Source: an uncultured delta proteobacterium
GTDB lineage: Bacteria > Desulfobacterota > Binatia > UBA9968
Direction of reading: 5' to 3'
NCBI GenBank assembly: GCA_963760795.1
Contig: CAVXEP010000016.1
Coordinates: 32,001-96,000, forward strand
Length of the DNA: 64,000 bases
In this document: positions 38,757-49,098 of the stretch, piece by piece
Layout: each line of letters opens with the position of its first letter
How positions within the stretch are numbered: the first letter of the stretch is position 1
The notes under the pieces: generated by a model
The model's input: the letters and a program-made list of their open reading frames with translations, nothing else
Told to the model about the DNA's origin: nothing
Databases searched by the model: none
Position numbers and translations under genes: made by a program

Positions 38757-39749
38757 TCAAGTAGCGTTGCGAATTTGCACGTGCGGATTGATTAAGCTGG
38801 ATGGGTTGCCGTCGAGGTAGGCCAAGAGGTTGGTGATGGCTTGCTCGTAGCGCTCCCTGAGAATCTCCACCGTGGTGTAGCCGCGATGGGACATCAAGAT
38901 GGCATTATCGAAATGGCGCAGCGGGTGACCCATCGGCAACGGTTCTTGGTCATAGACGTCGAGGCCGACGCCGCCCAACTGGCCGCTTTCGAGGGCGGCC
39001 AGCATGGCCTTTTCGTTGATGATCGGGCCGCGGCCGGTGTTCACCAGGAACGCGCCGCGTTTCATAGAGGAAATTTCTTTTTCACCGATTAAGCCCGTGG
39101 TCTGGGCACTGAAGTGGACATGGACCGTGACGAAATCGGATTCTTTCAGCAGGGTTTCCATCGGCACCGCTTCGGCGCCGACTTGGGCGGCCCGTTCCGG
39201 CGTCAGGCTGCGTGACCAGCCCAATACCCTGGTGTTGAAGGCTTTCATGATGCGCGCGACTTCGTTGCCGATGCGGCCTAGACCAAGGACGCCGATGGTT
39301 TTGCCTTCGAGCAGCATGCCGGTGAGCGCCGGCCAGCGCTCCTCGCGCATGCGTTGATTGATTTGGGGAATTTTGCGCGCCAACGCCAGGATCAAGCCGA
39401 CGGTGAGTTCTTTGGTCGCTGCACCGGTATCGCTAGGTGTGCCGGAGATGGCGATACCTCGCTTGGTGGCATTGGCCAAATCCAAATGGACACTGGTGCG
39501 GCCGGTCTGCGAGATGAATTTCAACTTCGGCAGTTGGCCGTATTCCTTGTCACTGAAAAACGTCCGTTCGCGCATGAGCAACAGCGCATCGAAGTCGCGC
39601 AAGCGCTCGACGATCTTTTCACTGGAGTCCAGCCGTTCGCGCAGGAGCGTGATGTCGGCGCGGGCTTTGAGTTTGGCGTAGGCCGGCACGGTGTCGGCGA
39701 TCTTCTCGAAGTCGTCGAGAATGGCGATCTTGAAACTGCTGGTTGCCAT
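38757..39749 (-). CDS. D-2-hydroxyacid dehydrogenase family protein
   Basis: IAILDD, MRERT, GVLGLGRIG, LVNTGRGPI, LDVYDQEPLP. Confidence 0.93.
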   Translation of the reverse strand: MATSSFKIAILDDFEKIADTVPAYAKLKARADITLLRERLDSSEKIVERLRDFDALLLMRERTFFSDKEYGQLPKLKFISQTGRTSVHLDLANATKRGIAISGTPSDTGAATKELTVGLILALARKIPQINQRMREERWPALTGMLLEGKTIGVLGLGRIGNEVARIMKAFNTRVLGWSRSLTPERAAQVGAEAVPMETLLKESDFVTVHVHFSAQTTGLIGEKEISSMKRGAFLVNTGRGPIINEKAMLAALESGQLGGVGLDVYDQEPLPMGHPLRHFDNAILMSHRGYTTVEILRERYEQAITNLLAYLDGNPSSLINPHVQIRNAT

Positions 39750-39755
39750 GGGATT

Positions 39756-40436
39756 TTATCTCGTCGCGGTCACTTCGACTTCGCAGAACTTTCCTTCCGA
39801 GGAATAACCGTCGACGATGACATACTCCATTCGTGGAATTTTTGCCGTTACCTGGCGCGAAAACAACGCTTTCAAGTTCGCCAAATCCTGGCTGCGGTGG
39901 AAATAGAATGAAACCTGCGCGACCTTGTCCCAGGAGCTGCCCGCGTCGCTGAGAGAGCCGGTGATGCGCGGCAGAATGTTGTCGAATTGGTCGGCCAACG
40001 TCGGCAGCACGGTAGTGACGCCCGAAAGCACCACCACGGAGTCGTAAACCAAGAAGCGGATGGGCACGATGGCTGGCTCGTATTCGACGATCTTTTTTTC
40101 CAGATCGGCGCGGGCGGGGCGCATGGCGAGCAAGTCGACGGCGACCTTGGCCGGCGAATCGAAATGGCCCGGCGCGATGTAGCTTGAGCTGGCTGAGCGC
40201 GCCTTGCCCGAAAGTACTTTAACCCGCTCGTTGCTGCCGGCGTCTCGGCTGGCCCGGTCGCGGCCCCAGAGCCGCGAGCGCACGGTGTTGTCGAGGGACA
40301 AGCCATGGGCGCGTAGTTCACGATCAAAGCGTTGAAAAAGTTCGCGCGCTTCGCTGCCGGCATCGGCGCCGGATGGCGCTTCTCCCGACAGCTCGATAAA
40401 CTCATGGCCTAGCCAATTGAAGATTCTTTTGCGCAT
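39756..40436 (-). CDS. RidA/YjgF-like protein with tandem domains
   Basis: GLSLDNTVRSRLW..ARSASSS..VAVDLLA, then LSDAGSSWDKVAQV..CEVEVTA; GGAGG RBS. Confidence 0.7.
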   Translation of the reverse strand: MRKRIFNWLGHEFIELSGEAPSGADAGSEARELFQRFDRELRAHGLSLDNTVRSRLWGRDRASRDAGSNERVKVLSGKARSASSSYIAPGHFDSPAKVAVDLLAMRPARADLEKKIVEYEPAIVPIRFLVYDSVVVLSGVTTVLPTLADQFDNILPRITGSLSDAGSSWDKVAQVSFYFHRSQDLANLKALFSRQVTAKIPRMEYVIVDGYSSEGKFCEVEVTATR

Positions 40437-40574
40437 GACGGATTCCTCCGATCTGAACGGCGCGATCCTATTACAGGGCGGCGTTAGGATCAACGCCAAT
40501 CCTGGTTCGATCGCGCCGGTGACAACGCCGTGGCTGCACCATCGCGCTAAAATCGCTGGCCCGAACAGGCACGG

Positions 40575-40721
40575 TTATTTTCTCGTGAGGAGAAACAGAA
40601 AGTCTTTGACTACCGCGAGCAACGACTTTTCGTAAAATGTTAGCGACAAGAAATTAGCTATCCCGATTGCCGCGACGAAGACAATAAAAAAGAAAAATAA
40701 CGCGCCTAACTTCGTCAGCAT
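40575..40721 (-). CDS. Small (48 aa) single-pass membrane protein
   Basis: GAGGGGG RBS; MLTKLGALFFFFIVFVAAIGIANFLSLTFYEKSLLAVVKDFLFLLTRK*. Confidence 0.6.
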   Translation of the reverse strand: MLTKLGALFFFFIVFVAAIGIANFLSLTFYEKSLLAVVKDFLFLLTRK

Positions 40722-40753
40722 GATTCCCCCTCGCTCTGCCCTCGGATAACCTG

Positions 40754-42298
40754 CTAGGGCGTTAGTCCACAGCAATTTGCTTGCGCGGACTTTGATCCGG
40801 TTGGCGCCGCCTCCCAAACGGTGCGCAGGTCCGGTGAGTAGGGATAGCGGATGCCGTTCTCCTCGAGAATTTTCCCGGTCGCATTCAAAAGATCGGCGCG
40901 ATTGAACACCATGGTCTCGTGGGTCAATACACCTGACGAGGCAAACTTGAAGCTGATCTGCTCGTCGCGATTGTCGCGCAGCAGTTCGACCAAATGGCGC
41001 ATGTTGCGCACCGGCACGCCGTTGACCTCGCTCAGTACCGAGCGATTGGGGTCGTCGTAGCCCTTGGTGATCCGATCCGGGAACAGCGGCGAGGCGACAA
41101 CGATGAGCTCTTCGTCATCGAAGGCCGGCCGGTCTTGGCGCCGGGTCACCAGCGGACTCGGGCGCCGGCCGAATGAAGTCGGGCGTTGGTTGCCGAGCCG
41201 TTCGAGGTAATCCTGGGTGGTTTGTGAAAAGACGAACGGTCCGAATATGAAATAGCGCGGACTGGCGTCCATCAAATAAGGGATCACCAGCTCTCTTTGC
41301 GAACGCACCGGCAAATCGATCGATATCAACTTGCCAGCGCGGAATACGGTCAGCGGCAGCGAGCCGTTCTTGGCATGCTTCTGGACCAAGTAGGATGCCG
41401 ACAAACGCAGGTCGTAACGAATGGCAACTTTGCCGTCGCTGTCGATGGGCGTGTCGCCAACTTTGGTGATGACATCCCACTCTTTCAACGGGTAGTTGGA
41501 ATCGTCGCGGTAAGGCTGCGAGACCATGACGCCGTTGATGCCCTTGGGCAGGCCGAGGCGCTGGCGCAGGGCATCGTTCTCTACGGTTTGGATCAAATCA
41601 TGAGTCTGCGGTTTGCCGTCGTACACGCCGTCTTTGATGTCGGTGAGAAAATGTTGAATTTCCTCGATGGGAATCAGATAGCCGATGTTCTGGGCGTTTT
41701 GAATTAAGCTAAACACCAATCCAACCAGTTTGCCGTCGGTTACCGCCGGGCCGCCGCTGTTGCCGAAATTGAGCGCTGCGTCGACCTGTATGCGCAAACC
41801 GGTGGCCTGGTAGTAATAGTCGGTGTACTCGATGCGCGATACGATCCCTTGGGTCACCGAGAGCTCCGTGCCGCCGGTAGGATAGCCGTAGACATTGATG
41901 TTGTCTTTGACCCGCGGCAGTTCCTCGGCGAAGGGTAGGGCGCCGCGCTTATCGAAAAATGATTCGTCGTCCAGTTTCAAGATCGCCAGATCCATTCCTG
42001 GGGTGATCGCTTCGACCCGCGCCGAAATATGGTTCGCCGATTGGTTCGGTTGCACGTAGATTTGGCTGGCGTATTTCACCACATGGGCGTTGGTGAGAAT
42101 CCGTCGGCCGTCGATAACCACGCCGGAGCCTTTAACCTGCTGAGGACTATTTTTCGTCCACGGCCGGAGTAAATCCGGGGCATGCTGGACCGCATGAATC
42201 TTGACGACCAGGTCGCGTATCTGATCCTGCGCCGAGGCTTGGCGCGCAGCTAGGGCGAAAAGCAGGACGCTGAATAGTCCGGTAACAGTTCGGCGCAT
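40754..42298 (-). CDS. HtrA/DegP-family serine protease with PDZ domains (plant Deg2/9-like architecture)
   Basis: Signal peptide; ILTNAHVV, DLAIL, AALNFGNSGGP triad; AAGGAG RBS. Confidence 0.92.
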   Translation of the reverse strand: MRRTVTGLFSVLLFALAARQASAQDQIRDLVVKIHAVQHAPDLLRPWTKNSPQQVKGSGVVIDGRRILTNAHVVKYASQIYVQPNQSANHISARVEAITPGMDLAILKLDDESFFDKRGALPFAEELPRVKDNINVYGYPTGGTELSVTQGIVSRIEYTDYYYQATGLRIQVDAALNFGNSGGPAVTDGKLVGLVFSLIQNAQNIGYLIPIEEIQHFLTDIKDGVYDGKPQTHDLIQTVENDALRQRLGLPKGINGVMVSQPYRDDSNYPLKEWDVITKVGDTPIDSDGKVAIRYDLRLSASYLVQKHAKNGSLPLTVFRAGKLISIDLPVRSQRELVIPYLMDASPRYFIFGPFVFSQTTQDYLERLGNQRPTSFGRRPSPLVTRRQDRPAFDDEELIVVASPLFPDRITKGYDDPNRSVLSEVNGVPVRNMRHLVELLRDNRDEQISFKFASSGVLTHETMVFNRADLLNATGKILEENGIRYPYSPDLRTVWEAAPTGSKSAQANCCGLTP

Positions 42299-42446
42299 GG
42301 GTGCTCCTTGATGGATATGTCGTAGAACTTAATTGGAACGGTTCGGATTATATACGAAAAGAGTGGCTATAGGTAAGACGCCTGTGCTTAATCCATCCTT
42401 TGACTGGCCGGCAAGGCTCTAGTACACCCGATGGAGCCAACTGAAC

Positions 42447-43310
42447 ATGAGCTCCGAGGTTACCGCACTGCTGGCGTCCATTTCTTTTGCTCTGTTTGCC
42501 GTCTATGGCTGGCTTGGCCTGCGCCATTCGACGCCGCTAACTGCCACCATCGTTTCCTTGGCCGCGCGCACGATCACCCTTGGCGTAGCGGTAATTTTGT
42601 TCGGCGGCGTGCCCGGCTTCGCGATGGCGGCGTTAGTCGTGTTTGTCATCCTCGGCGTGATGCAGACGGGGATCAGCTTGCTGACTTTTATCGGCTTGCA
42701 AAAGATCGGCACGTCGCGCAGCCAGCCGCTGCGCAATAGTTATCCATTATGGAGCGCGGTAATCGCTATCTCACTGATGGGTGAAAGCGCCGGCGTCGCG
42801 GTCATGCTCGGCACTCTCCTGGTGGTCGCCGGCGTGGTGATGATTTCCTGGAAGCCGGAAGCGGCGCCGCCGAGCTACCGCTGGTGGCATGTGGTTTTTT
42901 CTGCCGTTGCCGGATTTCTCGCCGGCGTGGCGTTCCCGCTGCGGCGCTACGGATTGACAATGACCAACGAGCCGGTGTTTTTCAGCTTCGTTGTTGCGAT
43001 CGTCTCTTTGTTCGGCGCCATCCCGTATACGCTCTGGACCAGTGGAGAGCGGAAACTGGTCTGGCATCGGCGCGCGGTAATCGACTTTTCCCTATCGGGA
43101 TTCTTCGAAGCTCTCGGCGCCTTGCTGACCCTGATGGCTCTCACCACCGGCCGCGTCGTCATCGTCTCGCCGATCGTTGCCACCACGCCGCTCTTCAGCC
43201 TGGTAATCTCGATGATATTCCTGCGCGGCAAGGAAAAAGTCACGGCGATTACTATTCTCGGCACGATCGCGGTGGTTGCGGGGACTATTGCGATTGCGCT
43301 GGGACGCTGA
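42447..43310 (+). CDS. EamA/DMT family transporter
   Basis: About 10 TM segments in two repeats; GRVVIVSPIVATTPLF..LRGKEKVT. Confidence 0.88.
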   Translation: MSSEVTALLASISFALFAVYGWLGLRHSTPLTATIVSLAARTITLGVAVILFGGVPGFAMAALVVFVILGVMQTGISLLTFIGLQKIGTSRSQPLRNSYPLWSAVIAISLMGESAGVAVMLGTLLVVAGVVMISWKPEAAPPSYRWWHVVFSAVAGFLAGVAFPLRRYGLTMTNEPVFFSFVVAIVSLFGAIPYTLWTSGERKLVWHRRAVIDFSLSGFFEALGALLTLMALTTGRVVIVSPIVATTPLFSLVISMIFLRGKEKVTAITILGTIAVVAGTIAIALGR

Positions 43311-43389
43311 ATATTCTTGACAGGCACAGCTCACGGGCATAACGATTGGAATCAGCCCGTATTAGTTGGGAAATTCTCAGGAGGCAAAC

Positions 43390-43695
43390 ATGTGGTATTT
43401 AACTCTGCGCCAGGCAACCAAGCCGCGCGATCAGTGGACGGTGTCGTTGGATCAACATCTTGTCTGGATGAAGCAACAGCATGATGCCGGCAGGATACTT
43501 TTTTCCGGGCCGACTACCGACCGGAAGTATGGCATCTATGTGATTCGCGCCGATTCTAAAGAAGAGGCTTCGAAGCTTGCCGCCAGCGATCCCTACACCG
43601 CGGCGGGTTTCTGTTCCTTCGAACTGCTCGAGTGGGAAGTGCATCAGATCATGGGCGCGGGGAATTTTACCGCGGCGGGTCTTGGGCACAAGTGA
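43390..43695 (+). CDS. YciI family protein
   Basis: HLVWM..ILFSGP..ASDPY; AGGAGG RBS. Confidence 0.85.
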   Translation: MWYLTLRQATKPRDQWTVSLDQHLVWMKQQHDAGRILFSGPTTDRKYGIYVIRADSKEEASKLAASDPYTAAGFCSFELLEWEVHQIMGAGNFTAAGLGHK

Positions 43696-43731
43696 CGGAT
43701 TGGAGTGTTGGAGTAATGGAGTGATGCGGGA

Positions 43732-44856
43732 ATGCGAAGAATTATATCGTTCGGTATTTTTGTCGTTATCAGTTGCTATTCAAACTTTTCGTCTTCCACG
43801 GCGAACGCTCAATCGGACTGGAAGAAGCAGTGGGAGACGACAGTTGAAGCCGGTCGGAAAGAGGGAGAGGTCGTCATCTATGGGCCGCATAACCCGGCGT
43901 ACCAGCAGATCTGGGCGATTTTTCAAAAGTCCTATCCAGAGGTCAAGTTCGCTTTTGTGCCGGGCAAGGGCTCCGAACATGTGCAGCGGATTGTCGCTGA
44001 ACGGCGAGCGGGAAAGTTTCTCGCCGATCTCATCATGGGCGGTTCTTCGACCTATGCGGGATTCGCGCCGGGCACTTTGGAGCCGCTTAAGCCGCTGTTG
44101 ATTCTGCCGGATGTGAACGACTCGGCCAACTGGTTCGATGGCCGACTGCACTTCGCCGATGCGCAGAACAATGCCGGGGTGATCATCTCCGGTGAGATCG
44201 GCACACGGCGCGGTTCGTACAACACCAAGCTCGTCGATCCCAAAGAGATTCAATCCTGGTGGGACCTGCTCAAGCCCAAGTTCAAAGGCAAGTTGGTGAC
44301 CTTCGATCCGCGCGTGGCAGGCGGCGGCGGTGAAACTTTTATGTTTTTTTACTACACGCCGGCATTGGGGCAGAGTTTTATCACACGGATTTTGACCGAG
44401 ACCGATATTCTCATCACCCGCGATCTGCAACAGGGAACCGACTGGTTGGGTCAGGGCAAGGTGCTGTTTCAGATCGGCAGCGGCCAGCCGGTGATGAAAG
44501 CGAACAAACAAGGCTTGCCGGTGGACCTGATGCCGCATGCATTGAAGGAAGGCGACATCATGGGCGGCGGTTCCTGCTGCCTCGCGGTGATGAGCAAAGC
44601 GCCGCATCCCAACGCGGCCAAATTATTCGTCAACTGGGTACTGTCCCGTGAAGGTCAGATCGCCTGGCAAAAATACGCTGAAGTAAATTCGCTGCGGGTG
44701 GACATTCCCAAGACTGACTTGCCGCCGGATGACGTGCCGCAGAAGGGCGTGAACTATTTCATGCTCAACTCGGCAAGATATAACGGCATGGAAGGACGCA
44801 AGGCGCTGCATCAGATCGTCGAGGACGCGCTGAAGAAGGCCGGCAAGGCCAAATAG
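43732..44856 (+). CDS. Extracellular solute-binding protein (AfuA/SBP_bac_6-like)
   Basis: Signal peptide; AGRKEGEVVIY, SWWDLLKPKFKGK, APHPNAAKLFVNWVLSREGQ. Confidence 0.9.
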   Translation: MRRIISFGIFVVISCYSNFSSSTANAQSDWKKQWETTVEAGRKEGEVVIYGPHNPAYQQIWAIFQKSYPEVKFAFVPGKGSEHVQRIVAERRAGKFLADLIMGGSSTYAGFAPGTLEPLKPLLILPDVNDSANWFDGRLHFADAQNNAGVIISGEIGTRRGSYNTKLVDPKEIQSWWDLLKPKFKGKLVTFDPRVAGGGGETFMFFYYTPALGQSFITRILTETDILITRDLQQGTDWLGQGKVLFQIGSGQPVMKANKQGLPVDLMPHALKEGDIMGGGSCCLAVMSKAPHPNAAKLFVNWVLSREGQIAWQKYAEVNSLRVDIPKTDLPPDDVPQKGVNYFMLNSARYNGMEGRKALHQIVEDALKKAGKAK

Positions 44857-44974
44857 CGGCCGGAGGATTGGCCGCAAAGAACGCAAAGTACACAAAAGAG
44901 AATCGAACCTTTGGGTGCCTCATGCGTGCCCTCCGTAGTATGAGATAAGGCGAGGTCCCGATGCAGGAAGTTAG

Positions 44975-45937
44975 ATGAAGCAGATGCAAAAAATTGGTTT
45001 GATTGGACTTGGAAATGCCGGGCGGCCGATGGCGGAGAGGATTCTGGCGGCGGGTTATGCATTGACGGTGTTCGACATCGATGCCGCTGCGGTGGCTGCG
45101 GTGGTGCAGCTCGGTGCCCAGGCTGCCGACACGGCGGCGCAAGCAGTAGGCGACATTACCATCACTTTGGTGCCATCGTCGGTGGAGGTGCGCAGTGCGG
45201 TGTTCGGTGCTAACGGCGCGTACCAGGCGTTGCAGCCGGGCATGGTGTTGGTTGACCTAAGCGGCACTGACCCTGACTGTGCCAGGGAGCTGCAAGAACG
45301 GTTACAGGAAAAACGGGCAACCTTTATCGGTGGGACGATTCATGCCAGCGGTGCGCCGGCGGTGGTCATTCCCAAGGGGCAGTTTGCCATTGTCATTGGC
45401 GGCCCGAAGAGCCAGATCGAGGCAACGGCAGGCTTTCTAAATCATGTAGCCCAGACCGTCGTTTGCCTGCCGGAACCGTGGATGCCCAAGGCGTTCAAAA
45501 TCGCCATCATCTTGTACTCGACCACCAACAACATCATCACCGCGGAAATATGTTCGTGGCTGACGGCCCAGGGCGCCGATCCCAAGTTGTTCCTTCAGCT
45601 CATGCAGACAACCGGCTCGCCGGCTTCGGCGGCGCGCATGGAAGAGTTCATGAAACGCAACAACAATAACGGCGGCGCGCTCAGCAATAGCTATAAAGAT
45701 TTCCGCCAGGCCTTGAACATCGCTGCCAAGCTGGAGATTCCAATGCCGTTGGCATCGATGGCGAATCAAATTCAGGAAATGGGCCGCGCAGCCGGCTTCA
45801 AGCGCTTCAACAGCCCGGCGGCCATGGGCAAGCTGTACGAGCTGCTCACGGGTGAAGATTTGAGCGGCGCGACCCTGAACTCAGAAAAACGCGTTGTCGA
45901 GAACCGCGCGCCCCAAGTGGTCTGGTTAGGCGAGTGA
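44975..45937 (+). CDS. NAD(P)-dependent oxidoreductase, 3-hydroxyisobutyrate dehydrogenase family (divergent)
   Basis: IGLIGLGNAGRPMA Rossmann motif, YKDFRQAL. Confidence 0.85.
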   Translation: MKQMQKIGLIGLGNAGRPMAERILAAGYALTVFDIDAAAVAAVVQLGAQAADTAAQAVGDITITLVPSSVEVRSAVFGANGAYQALQPGMVLVDLSGTDPDCARELQERLQEKRATFIGGTIHASGAPAVVIPKGQFAIVIGGPKSQIEATAGFLNHVAQTVVCLPEPWMPKAFKIAIILYSTTNNIITAEICSWLTAQGADPKLFLQLMQTTGSPASAARMEEFMKRNNNNGGALSNSYKDFRQALNIAAKLEIPMPLASMANQIQEMGRAAGFKRFNSPAAMGKLYELLTGEDLSGATLNSEKRVVENRAPQVVWLGE

Positions 45938-45982
45938 TGTCGAGTTTGTCCTATCGACGGAGCGTGTCAATTTCGCCAACGA

Positions 45983-46690
45983 TCAGGCGAGTAACCGGCC
46001 AAAGCCGGGGACGGGCGCTTTGATACTCAGCGTTTGCATTACCCACCATAGCGCAGCCGCAGTGGACGCGACCACCGGCAGCCGGGTGTCGTTTTCCAAC
46101 TCCTGCACGTAAGCAACAGTGCGCCAGCGGCCCTGCAGCAGCAGGCTTTCGGCGCCGGGATTTTGCCGCCACAGTTCGCGGGCGACCTTGTAGGAAGAGT
46201 AGTCCGGCAATTTGACCTGGTCGACCGGTTTGGCAACTTCCAAGCCCTTGATCGCCAGCACTTGGATCCCGCCATCGTTATAATATTTTTTAACGGCTTG
46301 GTTTATCGATTCTTTATAAGCGGTGGCAATCACGGTGGATTTGACGTTCAAATGTTTGAGCGCGTCGACCGTGGCGCTCATCGCGGTGCTCACCGGCAGA
46401 CCGACCTGCTGGGACAGCTTGGCGACCACCTCTTGCTCGACGGCGTAACCGCGCTGGGTGCCGAGAGTGATTCCGCCCATGAGAATCGCGTCGCACTCCT
46501 CGGCTTTGAAGATGCCGAGGCCCGCGCCGAGGGCGTCGATCGCTTTGTTGAATTCCACCTCCGTGTGGGATTGAACGTTTAGGCCGGAGGAGACGATGGT
46601 AAATCCTTCGGGGAGGATTAGATCCCAATCCGACGGCGTTTCAAATACCGATGGCGACAGGTAACCGATGCGCGCTTTCCAACCAGACAC
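45983..46690 (-). CDS. Maleate isomerase / Asp-Glu racemase superfamily protein lacking catalytic Cys
   Basis: WKARIGYLSPS, VSTAMSATVDALKHL, IATAY, ELENDTRLPVVAS; Cys positions read ILMGG and LLQG. Confidence 0.8.
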   Translation of the reverse strand: MSGWKARIGYLSPSVFETPSDWDLILPEGFTIVSSGLNVQSHTEVEFNKAIDALGAGLGIFKAEECDAILMGGITLGTQRGYAVEQEVVAKLSQQVGLPVSTAMSATVDALKHLNVKSTVIATAYKESINQAVKKYYNDGGIQVLAIKGLEVAKPVDQVKLPDYSSYKVARELWRQNPGAESLLLQGRWRTVAYVQELENDTRLPVVASTAAALWWVMQTLSIKAPVPGFGRLLA

Positions 46691-46950
46691 CTTGCGCTCC
46701 TTTCAACCCATTACTTTCGACCAGCGGTGCAGCCGTTTCTTATCCCATGCGGCAGCGAATAGGAAACGATCATGGTAAAGACATTCGTAGTCCCTTAAGA
46801 AGCTATCATTTCGAGTAGAATTCTCACAGTAATTGATACATAACCGAGTGAAAATGCTATTCTAACGTCTAATCGACGAAAGCTAACTGATTCACTGTTG
46901 GTCAGGTTTTTAGCAAACGAAAGGATTAATTGCGATATTGGTAATGAATT

Positions 46951-48126
46951 ATGTATTTTAAAAGAGAATTTTTTAGATTCACCGTTCTCTGGATGCACTT
47001 CGGTTGGCTGATGGCAGGAGCCATGCTGGCGGCAGTTGGAACAGTTGCCGCGATTGAAGCGCCAGCCGGGGAATTCAATCGGCGCGCCACCGCCACGGCG
47101 CAGATCTTAGCCGGAATAACGCCGAACCCCGCCGATCCAGTGTTGAATCGTTTGCTCGAGCTCGATGTTTGGAAAGAACACCAGAAGTGGATGACGGCGC
47201 AATGGGCTGAGGTGCGCGGTCGGATCAAGACCGTCGAAGGATGGCGCGATCACGAACTCAAAGTCGTCAATGCCCAGAAAAAGACTTTGCTCTATCCGTT
47301 CAGCGGCCCGGATTTTTTCAACGCTTACGCTTTTTTCCCGGATCATTCTCGCTATGTTTTTTTTAGTCTAGAGCGGCCCGGTGCCTTGCCCGATCTCGAA
47401 TCGGTGACGACGCTACAGTTCGGCAAGCTATTGACCGACGTGCGCGGCGCCTTTCGCGATATATTCGAGCGCAACTATTTTATTACTTCCTACATGAATA
47501 AGCAGCTCACCACGCCCTGGGTGCGCGGCACCGTGCCGGTGATGGCGACGATGATGGCGCTAATGAATCGCCGCATCGTGCGCATCGAGCCTCTCGATTT
47601 GTTTCCGGAGCTGACCAAAGCTTATGACACGCCCGATGGCAATCGGCCGCGCGTGACCATGCGTGGCGTGCGCATTGAGTTCTCCAATCCTACTGCGCCG
47701 GGTGTCCAACAGCTGTATTATTTTTCTTTAGATGCGACCGATAAGGCTTTGGAATATTATCCGGATTTTATCAACTGGGTGGGGCAGAACCGGCCTGCCA
47801 GTGCGCTGATCAAATCGGCGTCGTACCTGTTGCACGATAGCCAATTTTCCAGGACCAGGACGATGCTGCTGGAGTCAGCGGATTTATTGATCCAAGACGA
47901 CACCGGCATTCCCTTTCGCTACATCAACCAATCGCCTTGGCAGGTAAAGCTTTACGGCAAATACCACAGGCCGATCAAGCCGATGGGATATGGTTATCAA
48001 AAAGATCTCGACAGCGCCTTCAAGGCGAAAATACCGACCAGCGACTTGCCCTTCGCCTTTGGTTATCATTGGCGCGCCAGCCAGGGTGGCTTGATCTTGG
48101 CGAGTAAGGACCGCAATTCAAATTAG
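46951..48126 (+). CDS. Conserved exported hypothetical protein (YPFSGPDF family)
   Basis: Signal-peptide-like N-terminus; LLYPFSGPDF, IKSASYLLH, IQDDTGIP, LYGKY..PI, LPFAFGYHW. Confidence 0.8.
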   Translation: MYFKREFFRFTVLWMHFGWLMAGAMLAAVGTVAAIEAPAGEFNRRATATAQILAGITPNPADPVLNRLLELDVWKEHQKWMTAQWAEVRGRIKTVEGWRDHELKVVNAQKKTLLYPFSGPDFFNAYAFFPDHSRYVFFSLERPGALPDLESVTTLQFGKLLTDVRGAFRDIFERNYFITSYMNKQLTTPWVRGTVPVMATMMALMNRRIVRIEPLDLFPELTKAYDTPDGNRPRVTMRGVRIEFSNPTAPGVQQLYYFSLDATDKALEYYPDFINWVGQNRPASALIKSASYLLHDSQFSRTRTMLLESADLLIQDDTGIPFRYINQSPWQVKLYGKYHRPIKPMGYGYQKDLDSAFKAKIPTSDLPFAFGYHWRASQGGLILASKDRNSN

Positions 48127-48136
48127 CCTGCGCCAA

Positions 48137-48948
48137 TTGTGCATCGTCAGCTGTCTTGTCTTGATGGCACAAAACTGCGCCGCCCAGATCGTCCGCCGCT
48201 CGTTTCACACTAGCGACGGCGTGGCGCTTTCCCTCCTCGAATCGGGGCGGGAACATGCTAGCAGCGACAAACTCAAGATCGCTCTCATCCCCGGCTGGTC
48301 GATGCCCGCAAGTATCTGGCAGAAGCAACTCGAAGAGTTCGGCCGCAGCTACCATACCCTCGCCGTCGATCCGCGCGGCCAGGGCGAATCGCAAGTGCCC
48401 AGCGGACGGTTTCACTGCTGAACGGCGCGCTGGCGATCTTAAAGAGTTCCTCGACCCGCTCAAAAACGTCTTATTGGTTGGTTGGTCTCTAGGCGCCATC
48501 GAGTCGTTGCAGTACGTGCACATGTTTGGCGCCGACCGGCTGGCGGGCATGGTGCTGGTGGATAGTTCTGTGGGTGAGGAGCCGGCGCCGGCGCCGGACG
48601 GAGCATTTTTGAAAGCGTTGCGCGATGATCGCGACAAAACTTTGGATGGCTTTGTCCGGGCGATTTTCAAGTCCGCTCCGCAGCGATGCCGCAGTGGCGC
48701 AGCTGGTCGCCGGCGCCAAGCGCATGTCGGTGGAGCAAAGCATCGCGCTGTTATCCTATCCGTTTCCGCGCAGCCATTGGAAAGAGATCGCTCACGCCTT
48801 CAAGAAACCGCTGCTCTATGTCGTCACGCCGCAGTTCGAAGCGCAGGCGCACAATCTTCAGAAAAACCGCCCCGGCACAGAGGTGGAAGTCTTCAAGGAC
48901 GCCGGCCACACCCTATTTGTCGACCAGCCGGAACGGTTCAATTCCTGA
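48137..48948 (+). CDS. Alpha/beta hydrolase, non-haem haloperoxidase/arylesterase-like (frameshifts near 48410 and 48675)
   Basis: FHTSDGVAL, IPGWSM, DPRGQGES, VGWSLG, DAGHTLFVDQPERFN spread over three frames. Confidence 0.82.
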
Positions 48949-49098
48949 TCCGAAATTTGCCGATCGTTCTCGCGACGCTAACGCGTTCGCTACCGGCGGA
49001 GACTTGTTTGGTTGTTGCCGGTCAATTCCCAGCGAAGCTAACGTCGGCACAGCCACCCAGAGAGAGAATTCAAAACCTCGGAGCGGCTTTGCTTAACT

